A DNA stretch of 64,000 nt from Deltaproteobacteria bacterium (GTDB lineage: Bacteria > Bdellovibrionota_B > Oligoflexia > Oligoflexales > CAIYRB01): positions 9,501 to 73,500 of the forward strand of contig VGTI01000002.1 in the NCBI GenBank assembly GCA_016874735.1, written 5' to 3'. The position numbers and the translations under genes are program-made. The notes below the pieces were generated by a model. The model saw only the letters and a program-made list of their open reading frames with translations, did no database searches and had not been told where the DNA came from. Below, piece after piece: positions 10,507 through 20,900 of this stretch (the first letter of the stretch is position 1; every line of letters starts with the position of its first letter).

Positions 10507-11904
10507 CTAAGCCCCATCGGCTCCGGATTGTTTGTACATGTCGAGATATTTTGCGGCTAACGGTGCTGTGTTGTCTTGAAGACCGACGGCCTTTGCATCT
10601 TCTGGCGACAGTAGAACACCCTGTACATAGGACTTACCCTCAAGCCAGGTCTTCACCACTCTCTGAACATCGGCAATGGTCACTTTTTGGATGCCGTCAA
10701 GATATCCATCATAGTAACTCATACCCGTAACGGCCCACCAGAAAGCCAACTCTTTAATAAACTCTGTGGGCGCGTTCTGTTCTCGCTTGCGGGCTATAGT
10801 CATCTTGCGTTTAACGTCATTTAGTTGTGGGACCGTGAAATATCCAGGCTTAGACCACAGTTTGATTTCATCAATCAGCAACTTCTGAACTTCTTGTACG
10901 CGCGACGACGTACTCATCGCATAAAAATCAACTTCACCGGCCTGAGCCTGCGTGAAGTAACCTAAACCGGCTCCATAAGTTAGACCCGAATCGACAAACT
11001 TATGGTAAAAACGCCCGTTACGATGCTCTAGCAGATTGGCCAATACATCGAGCGCATAGGTCTCTTCAGCTTGCTGCGAGACCTTAGGACCCTTGAAGGT
11101 GAATTGCACACGCGCATTCTGCACGATAGGCCTTGTCATGACAAAGCTAGTGGTCGTCGGAAATGGCTGAAACTCTGGATGCTCAAGCGGCTTCCAGCCG
11201 TCCGGGGTTTTCCACTGGGAGAAATGTTTTTCAGCCAACTTGGCTAAGTCATCTGGGTTAAAGTCACCACCTACAAGTAGGGAGCAATTTGCAGGCACAA
11301 ACACTTGATCCTTGATAGCGAGTAACTGATCACGACTGGCATTAGCAATTATGGGTCGGAGTCCCAGAGGATCGCGACGATAACCCAGTTTGCCGTAAAT
11401 GATGTTACGCATGAGATTGCTGTAGTCGAATGACGGCTGCGCGGCATTACGCTCGTATTCGTTCAGCACCACCCGACGCTCCCGCTCCATCTCTTTCTGT
11501 TCGAGTAGCGGAGTGGCGATAGCGTCGGCCATGAATTGCAAACCGTCTTCAAGAAAGACCGACGGCAATGTGATGAAGTAACGCACCTTCTCGGCAGATG
11601 TATCGCCATTGTAGCTAATGCCGAGCTGACGAATCCGCTTATTAAACGCCTCTTGGTCGGGGAGTCGAGCGTTCCCCTTAAAAAACATATGTTCCCAAAG
11701 ATGGGTAAGACCGTTCGTTTGTTCAGACTCGGTCATCGCTCCCGCCTTAGCAGCAAGAACAATCGTAACCAGCGGTACTTTATGTGACTCAAAACCGATA
11801 ACCGGCAGACCGGTACTTAGGGTGTGAGTCGTGTAGCTTTTGACCTCCTTGGCCAAGGCTTGCGAACCACTGAGGGTCAACAATAGTGCAATCAACCGCC
11901 ACAT
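10507..11904 (-). CDS. M16 family zinc peptidase (catalytic subunit)
   Basis: Signal peptide MWRLIALLLTLSGSQALA. The inverted zincin motif HLWEH is present, with the distal Glu in VVLNEYE. GGAGGTG RBS upstream. Confidence 0.8.
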   Translation of the reverse strand: MWRLIALLLTLSGSQALAKEVKSYTTHTLSTGLPVIGFESHKVPLVTIVLAAKAGAMTESEQTNGLTHLWEHMFFKGNARLPDQEAFNKRIRQLGISYNGDTSAEKVRYFITLPSVFLEDGLQFMADAIATPLLEQKEMERERRVVLNEYERNAAQPSFDYSNLMRNIIYGKLGYRRDPLGLRPIIANASRDQLLAIKDQVFVPANCSLLVGGDFNPDDLAKLAEKHFSQWKTPDGWKPLEHPEFQPFPTTTSFVMTRPIVQNARVQFTFKGPKVSQQAEETYALDVLANLLEHRNGRFYHKFVDSGLTYGAGLGYFTQAQAGEVDFYAMSTSSRVQEVQKLLIDEIKLWSKPGYFTVPQLNDVKRKMTIARKREQNAPTEFIKELAFWWAVTGMSYYDGYLDGIQKVTIADVQRVVKTWLEGKSYVQGVLLSPEDAKAVGLQDNTAPLAAKYLDMYKQSGADGA

Positions 11905-11940
11905 CAGCCACCTCCATGCGTCTGATCAGTCCGGATTTAC

Positions 11941-13980
11941 TTAGTTCAAAGTCTCTGCAACGATCTCCGCTATGTCTTTCACCACCACTGCATCACCTTT
12001 GCCTTCGGCTTTGACTCCATCGGTAAGCATCGTCATACAGAACGGACACGCCGTTGCCACTGTACTCGCACCGGTGGCTATTGCTTCTTTGGCCCTATTG
12101 ATATTGATACGCGTACCATGGTGTTCTTCTAACCACATGCGGCCACCACCGGCCCCACAGCAGAAGCCTTGCTCTTTATGCCGCGGCATCTCTTTGAGTT
12201 CAACCTTTGGCAAGGCTTTCAGTGCATCACGTGGCTCTTCATAAACCTCGTTATGACGCCCAAGGTAACAGGAATCGTGATACGTCACCTGTGACAGCTC
12301 CGACGGCACCTGCTGAGCTTTGATTTTACCCTGCTTGCTTAGATCTGAGATCAATTCACTGTGATGGACGACATCGACGTTGACGCCAAAATCTGGATAC
12401 TCGTTCTTCAAGGTGTTGAAACAGTGCGGGCATCCCGTGACCACTTTTTTCACTTGGTAACGTTTGAAGGTCTCAACGTTGGCTTCAATTTGCATCCGCG
12501 CTAGGTATTCGTTACCAAGACGTCGTGCAGTGTCACCGTTGCACTGCTCCTCGGTCCCAAGAATCGAGAAGCTAACCCCGGCGGTCTGCATGATCTTCGC
12601 GATCGAGCGAGACACTTTTTTGTAGCGCTCGTCGTAAGATCCGGCACATCCCACCCAGAATAGATATTCGACATCGCTCTTTTCAGCCATGGTGGTGATA
12701 TTTTGCCCCTTGGCCCAGTCGCCGCGGGTCGACGGATCCATTGCCCAAGGGGATGAGCTAGTTTCCAGACTCTTAAACGTGTTAGCGAGCTCTGCCGGGA
12801 ATGCACCCTCAGTTAATGTGAGATAGCGCCGCATACCAACAATAGAGGGGATGTGCTCGATATATAGAGGACACGCCTCCATACACGCGCCGCAGGTGGT
12901 ACATGACCAGAGTTCATCTGGAGTCACGATGGCTCCCTGCTCACCGATCAGAGGCGTCCTTTGATCCTCAGGGGTACCCGCAGCCACCTCGGCAACAGCC
13001 TTCTTAAGGTGCTTCATGATCAGGCGCGGATCAAGTGGCTTGCCGGTATTGGTAGCCGGGCACTGAGCCGTACAACGCCCACACTCGACGCAAGTGATGC
13101 CGTCTAATAACTGCTTCCAAGTGAAGTCTTTGACCTTGCCGATGCCGAAGCTTTCAGCATTCTCGTCGAACTCCATCGATTTGATTCTACCGCGCGCACC
13201 TAAGCTGCGCAGAAACATAGTCGGCCAAACCCAAATAAAATGCTGATGTTTAGACGACGGCAAGAAAAACATGAAGGAGAAAAGCGTGAGGCAATGGAGC
13301 CACCATACGCTTTTTGAAAAAACGGCCCAACCTTCGCCACTGCTTATGCCGAAAAGCCCGCCTACAGCACCGGCGAAAGACCGTGAGACTGCCAAGGGTC
13401 CCGCTGGAAGTCCACCGTCCCCCTCTACGAAGGTCTTAGCTCCCATGTAAACTAGGGAGGTCACCACAAGAGCAAGTATGAAACCCAGTACTAAATAAGC
13501 GTCAACCCGTGACGGTTTTTCAAGTTGAGACAGCCGCCATGGCTTAAGGATCAAGCGACGCCCGTAAGCCCACACTATGGCAAACGCGACTACGGCGTTG
13601 CCGATATCCTGGGTCCAGAGGTAGGCATTATAGAACTCACCGTCACCTAAGAATAGGCGAAACGAGAAAGCATCGAAGATACCGTGGATCAGCGTCTCTC
13701 CCGTACCGATCGTGACTACAACAAAACCAAGGAAGATCATGAAATGCATGATCGCGGGCCAGAAATCTTTGAGCATCTTGGGCTGTAAAAAACCACCACG
13801 GAGCATGCCAAGGATCCGCTCAGCTACCCGATCCGTCCTGACGTCATCAACGCCCGCACCGACGTGTATGGTCTGCCAAATACGTCGCAGATTGACAGCC
13901 AGATAACCAAGAGCACCGAACAGAAGTACAGCAAAGATCAAATTGGGAAGCAGAGCCACAATCATCTCCTGATAATCCAT
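11941..13980 (-). CDS. membrane-bound Fe-S oxidoreductase: multi-TM domain fused to an HdrD/DsrK/GlpC-like module
   Basis: About 300 aa with 5-6 TM helices carrying His residues (IMHFMIF, WWLHC, SKHQHF). Then two ferredoxin motifs ([24 protein letters not shown]) and Cys-rich CCG-type domains ([16 protein letters not shown]). The start at 13980 (MDYQEM) is chosen to avoid overlapping the upstream gene and is uncertain. Confidence 0.7.
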   Translation of the reverse strand: MDYQEMIVALLPNLIFAVLLFGALGYLAVNLRRIWQTIHVGAGVDDVRTDRVAERILGMLRGGFLQPKMLKDFWPAIMHFMIFLGFVVVTIGTGETLIHGIFDAFSFRLFLGDGEFYNAYLWTQDIGNAVVAFAIVWAYGRRLILKPWRLSQLEKPSRVDAYLVLGFILALVVTSLVYMGAKTFVEGDGGLPAGPLAVSRSFAGAVGGLFGISSGEGWAVFSKSVWWLHCLTLFSFMFFLPSSKHQHFIWVWPTMFLRSLGARGRIKSMEFDENAESFGIGKVKDFTWKQLLDGITCVECGRCTAQCPATNTGKPLDPRLIMKHLKKAVAEVAAGTPEDQRTPLIGEQGAIVTPDELWSCTTCGACMEACPLYIEHIPSIVGMRRYLTLTEGAFPAELANTFKSLETSSSPWAMDPSTRGDWAKGQNITTMAEKSDVEYLFWVGCAGSYDERYKKVSRSIAKIMQTAGVSFSILGTEEQCNGDTARRLGNEYLARMQIEANVETFKRYQVKKVVTGCPHCFNTLKNEYPDFGVNVDVVHHSELISDLSKQGKIKAQQVPSELSQVTYHDSCYLGRHNEVYEEPRDALKALPKVELKEMPRHKEQGFCCGAGGGRMWLEEHHGTRININRAKEAIATGASTVATACPFCMTMLTDGVKAEGKGDAVVVKDIAEIVAETLN

Positions 13981-14059
13981 GCAACGCAAAACCCCAAAAT
14001 ACCACAACTTATCGAGGCCGACCAGCGGTACTGGCGCTCGGGGACGCGGCTGCAGAGCG

Positions 14060-14380
14060 CTAGCGGCGACGTAAAGGCCGGAGGCTTTGTCTGGCTTTGA
14101 ACAGCATGGCATGGGTCTCGTATTCGACATGAGCCCGCACCGCATGGAACTTTATATCGGTGAGTTCCCTGACTAGCTGCTCGTAGCGCACATCAGTGAG
14201 TGCCAGGCGTTCGCCTTTGGCTGCTGACCGGCATCGTCTGACCCACTCTCCCTTGAGCTCCAGGTAGCGCGACGCAAACAGTGCATTGAGACGCTTAGCT
14301 ACCTGGCGCGAGGTTAACGCCGTTTGGGCGAAAGACTGAATTAGTTGCGTGAGCCGCTCGGCCGGCATTCTGAGATTCAT
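14060..14380 (-). CDS. hypothetical small basic helical protein (106 aa)
   Basis: ORF with an AGGGAG RBS. It is Arg/Lys-rich and probably helical. No motif recognised. Confidence 0.4.
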   Translation of the reverse strand: MNLRMPAERLTQLIQSFAQTALTSRQVAKRLNALFASRYLELKGEWVRRCRSAAKGERLALTDVRYEQLVRELTDIKFHAVRAHVEYETHAMLFKARQSLRPLRRR

Positions 14381-14398
14381 GGCACTCCCTGAGTGCCG

Positions 14399-16825
14399 CT
14401 ACCGTATCACATGGCGCAGATAATTCTCTAGAAGAGCGCGATTTTCATCGTCATATTGGGATGTTTGGACCTCTTCCAGGATGTCTTCTCGGTAGCGTCG
14501 ATCGACCTGGTATTCACGTTTGATCTCAAGATCCCCGCCGACAATTGACTGGCCGTAGTAGTTGTCCCCTGTAACGCGGCGTCGACGCCCGCGGTTGCGA
14601 CGCTTCTGCTGTGACTGCTGGGCAGCGCTATCAGCCTGCCTAAGTAACCGACCCGCCAGGTCAGCGCCGGCCTCAGCAGAGCGGTAATCGGCGGCACCAC
14701 CGGCTTCGATCACTTGCTCCATGGCCTCGGCGGCAGCTTGAATACGCGTAGCGGCATTGGGCGACAAATTTTTGAGTTGTCCCTCGAGTGCGCGTGTACC
14801 CTTCAAATTGGCATTCTGCTTGGATCGAGTGCCCGGCCATTGATCGCTCAGTTGATCCTGCTCGCGCTCGCTAGCTCGGTCTAATTCGGTGGAAATTTCG
14901 CCTTGGACCTTTTGCAGCTCCTTGAGAGTATCGCGCGCCGAAGCCAAACCCTGCTGCCTCGATTTATCATCCTCCTCACGCATCTTATCTTCCAACGCCT
15001 CAAGTTCCTGGAGCCAGCTGCGGTACTCAGTGACCGTGCGGGACAAAACCGTCAATTGCTCGCTCTGCGCCGCGGCAGTAGCCTTCTTGTCGAGGCTCTG
15101 TATTTGATTCATGGACTTATGAAAAGGCCTCTGACCGCTGATACGCGGCCAGGTTGGTGGCACAAAATCTGGCCCAAGCCGCGCCACACGCAAGCGCCAT
15201 CGTTCCTCACGCCCCCCGAGAAAATTTTGCATGCGTCCAATAACCGTCGCGAGGGCCAAAGGCCGCCGTGCCATAGGTGTCTCAAGTTGATGCGAAAGGG
15301 CACGGGCAGCCACAAAGAAGTCGCGGTCACGCTCTCGATCATCGAGAATTTCATGCTCAAATAAAAAATCATTTAGAGACTGGCTGAGTTCAAATAACTT
15401 GTCAGCCTCAGGGTCCGCTCCTAATTCCTCCGCCAAAGTTGCAAATCTGCGCATCTGCATCCGATCTAGACCGTCGAAAAAAGGCGACCTCTCGGATTCA
15501 TCGACGGCTTTTTTTGCAAGATTTACTGCCTCGGGCGGGATCGTCGCAAGCTGCTTACCCGCCATACCGTCGACCTGGGCCTTCAACTCACGCAAGGTCC
15601 CAAGTGCTTTACGATAACGCCCATAGGCACTTGCTACATGAAGTCTCAAGGGTTCACTGCGCCCTGTCAGTGGTGTCGGTAGGGCACGATCTACTGCTTC
15701 GGCGACAATTTCAATGTCCGCTATATCGTTATCTACATAGGTTTCCAAAATGATGCGGTAGTCTGTTGATAACTCGAATTTATCCTCGGTCATAACATTA
15801 GCAACCAGCTCTTTGGCCACTTTCTGTTCGTTTTTTATGAGAAGGTGTACGGTCTGCAGCGGATTTTCTCCGTGCACCTTGATACGCAAAGGGAGCGGTT
15901 GATCATCTGGCCACGGATCCTCGATTTGGCCGGCCACCTGTAGGTCAACCTTCGGAACGGGAAGCTGCCGCACCTTGAGACTTGCCAGTGGTGTGTTGCG
16001 GTTGAGATTAGGTAGAAAAAGCTGCACATCCTCGGAAACAGCAAACGACGTGATAAAAAGATTATTAACGTCTCCCCCACCAGCACTGCGAACTGACGAC
16101 ATTTGGAATGTCTGGAATATAGCCCCTGCATCCGCAGATGACGCCACGGTGCGACGCAACTCGATGACCGGAGCTTCAACGCCGCCAGCATGTACCTTTA
16201 ACTCAATCAAATTTGTTGCCAACAGCTCCAAAGCGACGGTCTTGCCTGAAGCTAGTTGCCAAATCCTCTCAGTTGGATCGTTTGCGGCACCCTGGAGGAT
16301 AGTCAAAGTCGCACTCTGCTGCAAACTGTCAACTGCTTGAGACACCTGTCGCAACGCAACTTTGAGACTCGGAGCCGCGCGGGGCACCAGTAGTACCGCG
16401 AGGGTTATAGGAACAACAAGTCCACTTGCGGCGATCAAAAGCCGCCGCCATTCCGCCCGGCGAAACGCCATAAAGTCGCGGCGTATCACCTCTTGCCATG
16501 GGACCGCCAGATCGGCGTCCGCGGCGGCCACGCGCAGAGGGATTTTCAAGTCGCTACCGTAACGCATATCAAGGTACAAACAAAATTCAGGTACCGTGGC
16601 CTCTTGCCAAACGAAAGCGGACCGGCGCAGGATCAGCACCAGGCAACCCGCAACCAGACCAAGAACCACCTGCTCCCCTTCAGCGCCTGGCTTAACTAAG
16701 GACCAACTTGCCATAACTACGCCAGCCAGCGATATCGCGGCAGCGAGGCTGATCAAGCGATTTAAAAGCGCAAACTGCCACTTAATTCGATTACGCTGAT
16801 CAATCGCCTCATTAAGTGTCTCCAC
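14399..16825 (-). CDS. large membrane-anchored protein with a charged coiled-coil C-terminal half (DUF4175-like?)
   Basis: GTG start with an AAAGGAA RBS. Three N-terminal TM segments are followed by a long Glu/Arg/Gln-rich helical region, then an RRNRGRRRR tract and a ...RALLENYLRHVIR tail. The DUF4175 resemblance is from memory only. Confidence 0.55.
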   Translation of the reverse strand: METLNEAIDQRNRIKWQFALLNRLISLAAAISLAGVVMASWSLVKPGAEGEQVVLGLVAGCLVLILRRSAFVWQEATVPEFCLYLDMRYGSDLKIPLRVAAADADLAVPWQEVIRRDFMAFRRAEWRRLLIAASGLVVPITLAVLLVPRAAPSLKVALRQVSQAVDSLQQSATLTILQGAANDPTERIWQLASGKTVALELLATNLIELKVHAGGVEAPVIELRRTVASSADAGAIFQTFQMSSVRSAGGGDVNNLFITSFAVSEDVQLFLPNLNRNTPLASLKVRQLPVPKVDLQVAGQIEDPWPDDQPLPLRIKVHGENPLQTVHLLIKNEQKVAKELVANVMTEDKFELSTDYRIILETYVDNDIADIEIVAEAVDRALPTPLTGRSEPLRLHVASAYGRYRKALGTLRELKAQVDGMAGKQLATIPPEAVNLAKKAVDESERSPFFDGLDRMQMRRFATLAEELGADPEADKLFELSQSLNDFLFEHEILDDRERDRDFFVAARALSHQLETPMARRPLALATVIGRMQNFLGGREERWRLRVARLGPDFVPPTWPRISGQRPFHKSMNQIQSLDKKATAAAQSEQLTVLSRTVTEYRSWLQELEALEDKMREEDDKSRQQGLASARDTLKELQKVQGEISTELDRASEREQDQLSDQWPGTRSKQNANLKGTRALEGQLKNLSPNAATRIQAAAEAMEQVIEAGGAADYRSAEAGADLAGRLLRQADSAAQQSQQKRRNRGRRRRVTGDNYYGQSIVGGDLEIKREYQVDRRYREDILEEVQTSQYDDENRALLENYLRHVIR

Positions 16826-16850
16826 CAGGATTCCTTTGCCGCCGCACGGT

Positions 16851-17828
16851 TTAAGTAAACTCTACCGACGGTTCTCGCCGACGCACTACGACGCGTCCGA
16901 GCCACCCCAAGATGAGCGCCACGACGTCTTCGCGCGTATCATCAGCCTCAGTCAGCACACCATGAGTGGTATTCTTTAAATCCAAAATCTGAACATTATG
17001 GTCGCCGTGAAGCGCCGCGGATTTTTTCAAATGCTGATAGGAGCAAATTTGATCTTGTTCGGGACACAGTATTAGCACGGATCCGTCGAATTCGATAAAC
17101 CGCGTCTCAGCTCTTTTCATTGCCAGAATAACTTCGCTAGCCAGAGCCGCAGTTATTCCTGAAAATCTTGTATTGAGCTCGCCGTCCTCTCGACTCATTG
17201 GGCGGCGATTGACACGCCCACTTGTAAAACGCGGCACAAAGGGTTGCCAGACCCTTGCGGTCGGCAATACATCGGCCAGTAACCGCAAAATAAGGGCCTG
17301 CAATCCCCCAACAGCCGATTGCAGCTCTAGACAGGGCGCACTAAGCACCGCTCCAGAGCAAAAGGCTGGGAACCGCTTAGTGAACTCCATCACCATGAGC
17401 GCACCCACGCCCTGCCCAATAATGACCGGACCCTGCCCTCCGGCTCGGTGGCGCGCCCAGGCGACGACTTGCAACAGATCCTGAACTAATACGGCGAAAC
17501 TAGGAGCGTGACCTAGCTGCCATCCTGAGCGCCCATGGCCACGCCAGTCATAGGTATAAACTGAGTAGCCTTGACTAAAAAAGCTTTGCGCCGCTTGATG
17601 ATAGCAATCACCATGCTCGCCTAGGTCATGGACTAAGACCAACGGAGGCTTATCAAGATTCTTTTGTGCGAGCGATCGCACGTAGACGGTAGTCCCGTAA
17701 TGGTCTACTGGGAGATGAATAATGTGCTCGGGATTATCTGTGGTCTCGTCGCCAACGGGAAACGGCGGTAGGGCGGAGGCGATCGCCCGCTCTGTATTGG
17801 AATTTTCAGGGGCCGAGGCCTGTTCCAC
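16851..17828 (-). CDS. alpha/beta-hydrolase fold protein (lysophospholipase/monoglyceride-lipase-like) with Gly at the nucleophile position
   Basis: The oxyanion region LVLVHDLGEHGDCYH matches the HG..eH..rY pattern. The nucleophile elbow reads IIGQGVGA instead of GHSMGG. Asp (CPEQDQI) and His (TTHGVL) candidates are retained. Confidence 0.7.
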   Translation of the reverse strand: MEQASAPENSNTERAIASALPPFPVGDETTDNPEHIIHLPVDHYGTTVYVRSLAQKNLDKPPLVLVHDLGEHGDCYHQAAQSFFSQGYSVYTYDWRGHGRSGWQLGHAPSFAVLVQDLLQVVAWARHRAGGQGPVIIGQGVGALMVMEFTKRFPAFCSGAVLSAPCLELQSAVGGLQALILRLLADVLPTARVWQPFVPRFTSGRVNRRPMSREDGELNTRFSGITAALASEVILAMKRAETRFIEFDGSVLILCPEQDQICSYQHLKKSAALHGDHNVQILDLKNTTHGVLTEADDTREDVVALILGWLGRVVVRRREPSVEFT

Positions 17829-17951
17829 AGCGCGAAACCTAGTCGTTTAGTTAGCCAGCAAGAGACCCAGTGATTCTTAGCTAAAGGTTACCAGATTGGT
17901 GACTGTTTTTCCAGGCATATCACTCACCGATATTAATCATAAACGCTCATA

Positions 17952-20900
17952 TTAGCGGCTTCGCCCACCACTAAATGAGAACTCATTATGGCAGCTCTCA
18001 CATCGCTCAAATCCAGGGAGCTTGTGATCGGGGAAAACTACCCGCAGAGCATCCTGTAAATGGCAGCTAGCGCAATCTGTCGACTTCCCTAAGTAAACAT
18101 TATTGGCATGACACTCGGTACAGGCAACTAAACGATGCGCGCCACGCAACGGGAACGATGTCATTGAGTGTCGATAGCGGTTAACATTCCAGAAATGTTG
18201 AGAATGACACTCGCCGCAGGCAGGCAGCATACCAAGGTGGGCATCGTCTTTCTGGTGACACACCTTACAGTCGCCACCGATGCCGGTGAGTTTTCGTCCA
18301 TCTTTGTGACACTCGCTGCATTCGAGTAGATAGTGAGTCCCCGACAACACAAAGTCTTTGTGAAAGTCGCCAGTTTTTTCCCACCCCGTCGCCACGTGGC
18401 ACTGGGAACACTGTTTACCAAACCGGCCCTTATGGGGATCCTCGTGACACAGCGCGCAATCTTTAGTCGTCAGATCGGTAAATATGAATTGACCCTTTTT
18501 GTGTTTTGATGGCTCAGGAAACTTTTTAGTAGTTGGCTTATGACATTCGGCACACTTCACGCTCGTATGCTTGCCTTTGAGAGGGTACCGCGACTTATTG
18601 TGATCAAACTTAATTTGACTATAGAAATGCACCTGGCTGTGGCACGCCCGACATGGTTCTTGGGAGAACTTTTGATGAAACTGGTCACGATGCGGGTTGG
18701 CGTGACACACCTCGCAGAAACCAGTAGATTGATGCCCCATTTGATACAATGATGCTGGCTTTGGTGGCTTGGTCGGAAGAAACTTATTCGTCTTTGTATG
18801 ACACTGAGCGCAATCCTCTTTAATGGCCACGTGCGCGCCGATGATTTGAAAGTCCGTTAAACTATGGTTAAACGGCAGACGCTTGGCAAAATCTTCCGTG
18901 GTGTGACACTCGCGGCAAGCCTTATTGGCAAACTTGGAACTGAACTGGTCTTTGTGCACATTAGCATGACAACTTTCGCAGAATCCGGTTTCCTCATGAT
19001 CAAACATGTACTTGCCAGCTGGTTTGGGCGGCTTAGTCGGAAGCATTTTCTTTGTCTTATAGTGACACTCAACACAGTCATTCTTTATCTTGGTGTGAGC
19101 GCCATTTATCTTGAATTTTGTAATACTGTGGTTAAACGGGCTTAGATCATCGAACTTTTTTGCATTGTGACAGCGGCCACAAGTGTCATTATCGGTAGAT
19201 TCATCGAATTGCCCTTTGTGGACGTTTTTGTGGCATTCGATACAGTATCCCTCCCGCTCGTGACCAAAAATATACTTACCCGCAGGGTGAGGCGGCTTCA
19301 CAGGCAACATTTTATTGGTAGGGATGTGACACTTGACACACTGCCGCGCAATTTTTTGATGAGAATCAACTAGCTTGTAGTCAGTTTTGTCGTGGTTATA
19401 GTCAAAAATATCTTTAAACTTGTTGCTGTTATGACATTCCGCGCAGGATTGCTGCTGATATTTTGGTTTGAACTGATCTTTATGCGGATATTTATGGCAC
19501 TCGACGCAGAACTGAACCTTCTCCGTTGGAAATCTATAAACTTGTTTGCCATCCCGCAAATGACAGTCGTTACAGCGAACGGGGACATGACTGCCAGTGA
19601 GGGGAAAGCGAGTCATCGTATTGTGATTGAAACCATCGCCCTGCTTCTGATTCAGACTCTTCCAATCGTTGGTATTGTGACAAGCCGTACACTTACTGGT
19701 CTTAAACACCGGATTCTCAGCCGGATCGTGCGGACTCTTATGACAGGTCTCGCAGGTTTTTGTGACCATTTCCGGAAACTGGTAATCCCTCGGTGTATTG
19801 GGAACAGCTCCACCAGCTAATGGTTTATGGCACTCAAAGCAGGCCACTCCAATATGCTTTCCCGTTAGAGGGTAAGTAGTGTCTACATTGTGATTGAATT
19901 TAACAGCTGACTTCCACGCCACATCGTTATGGCAGGTCTGGCATTGAGTCAGCTGTCCTAGCTTAGGTGAACTTTCACTCCTGAACCCATGGTAATCTTG
20001 GTGACAACTCGAACACTGCTGACTTAAACCAGTAAAATTGAAGTCCTTAAGCTTAGTTGCTCCACCACTTTGTTTGTGACAGGCTTGGCACGGCTCTTTA
20101 GCGTGGGCCCCTTTTAGGACAAATCCCGTGATATCGTGATTGAAATGGGTAATCTGCCAACGATCCTGGTTATGGCAACTCTCACATGCACCGCCGCGGA
20201 ATTTGCCAGCTAAATTATCTTTGTGAAAATCGGCATGGCAAGTCCGACAACCCAGACGGGAGAGTTCAGGAAAGTCATACTTGGCAGGTCCACCTTTGCC
20301 CTTGGGATTATGACATTCGGCACAACTCACTTTGCTATGGGCGCCAATCAAAGCATAGCCGGTTTCCTTTTTATGATCGAAATAGGTCGCCTGCTTCCAC
20401 GACTTGTCATTATGGCAAGTATTACAGTCCTTAACCGCCCATTTTGGCGGGAAGCTGTGTATGTCATCTTTTTTATGACAGCTAACACACGATGAATCGG
20501 TACCAAAAAATCGCGTGTCATTGCGGAAAACCGGTTTTTCCGTTCGTTTTTCTGTGTGGCACTTCACGCAGTCGACACCGGCATGTCCGCCGTTTAGGGG
20601 GAACCCAGTACGCCGGTGATCAAACCCCTTCTGCTTAAACGCTACCGCATTGTAGTTGCGCCCCTTATGATCTGAGTGACAGGAGACACAGGTTCCCTTG
20701 GCCAGAGCGTGAAAGCCCGTTTTACGGTCAATCGATTTTTTGATCTCCTTGTGACAGTCGAGACACTTACTATCGGGCACACCTTTTCCGGCATCATGAC
20801 ATTTAAGGCACCCACCGTGCTCCCACTCCTTGTGCCCCTCCATCAGTGGACCAGGCGCTAGCAGCGAATTTATGAGGCCCTCCCCAGACGTGTCAGCTGC

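Noticed and set aside
13981-14145. N-terminal 55-aa extension of the Fe-S protein ORF (start at 14145)
   Set aside because: It would overlap the 3' end of the 106-aa gene by 86 nt. Its sequence ([20 protein letters not shown]...) does not look like a membrane-protein N-terminus. The first TM helix begins right after the Met at 13980.
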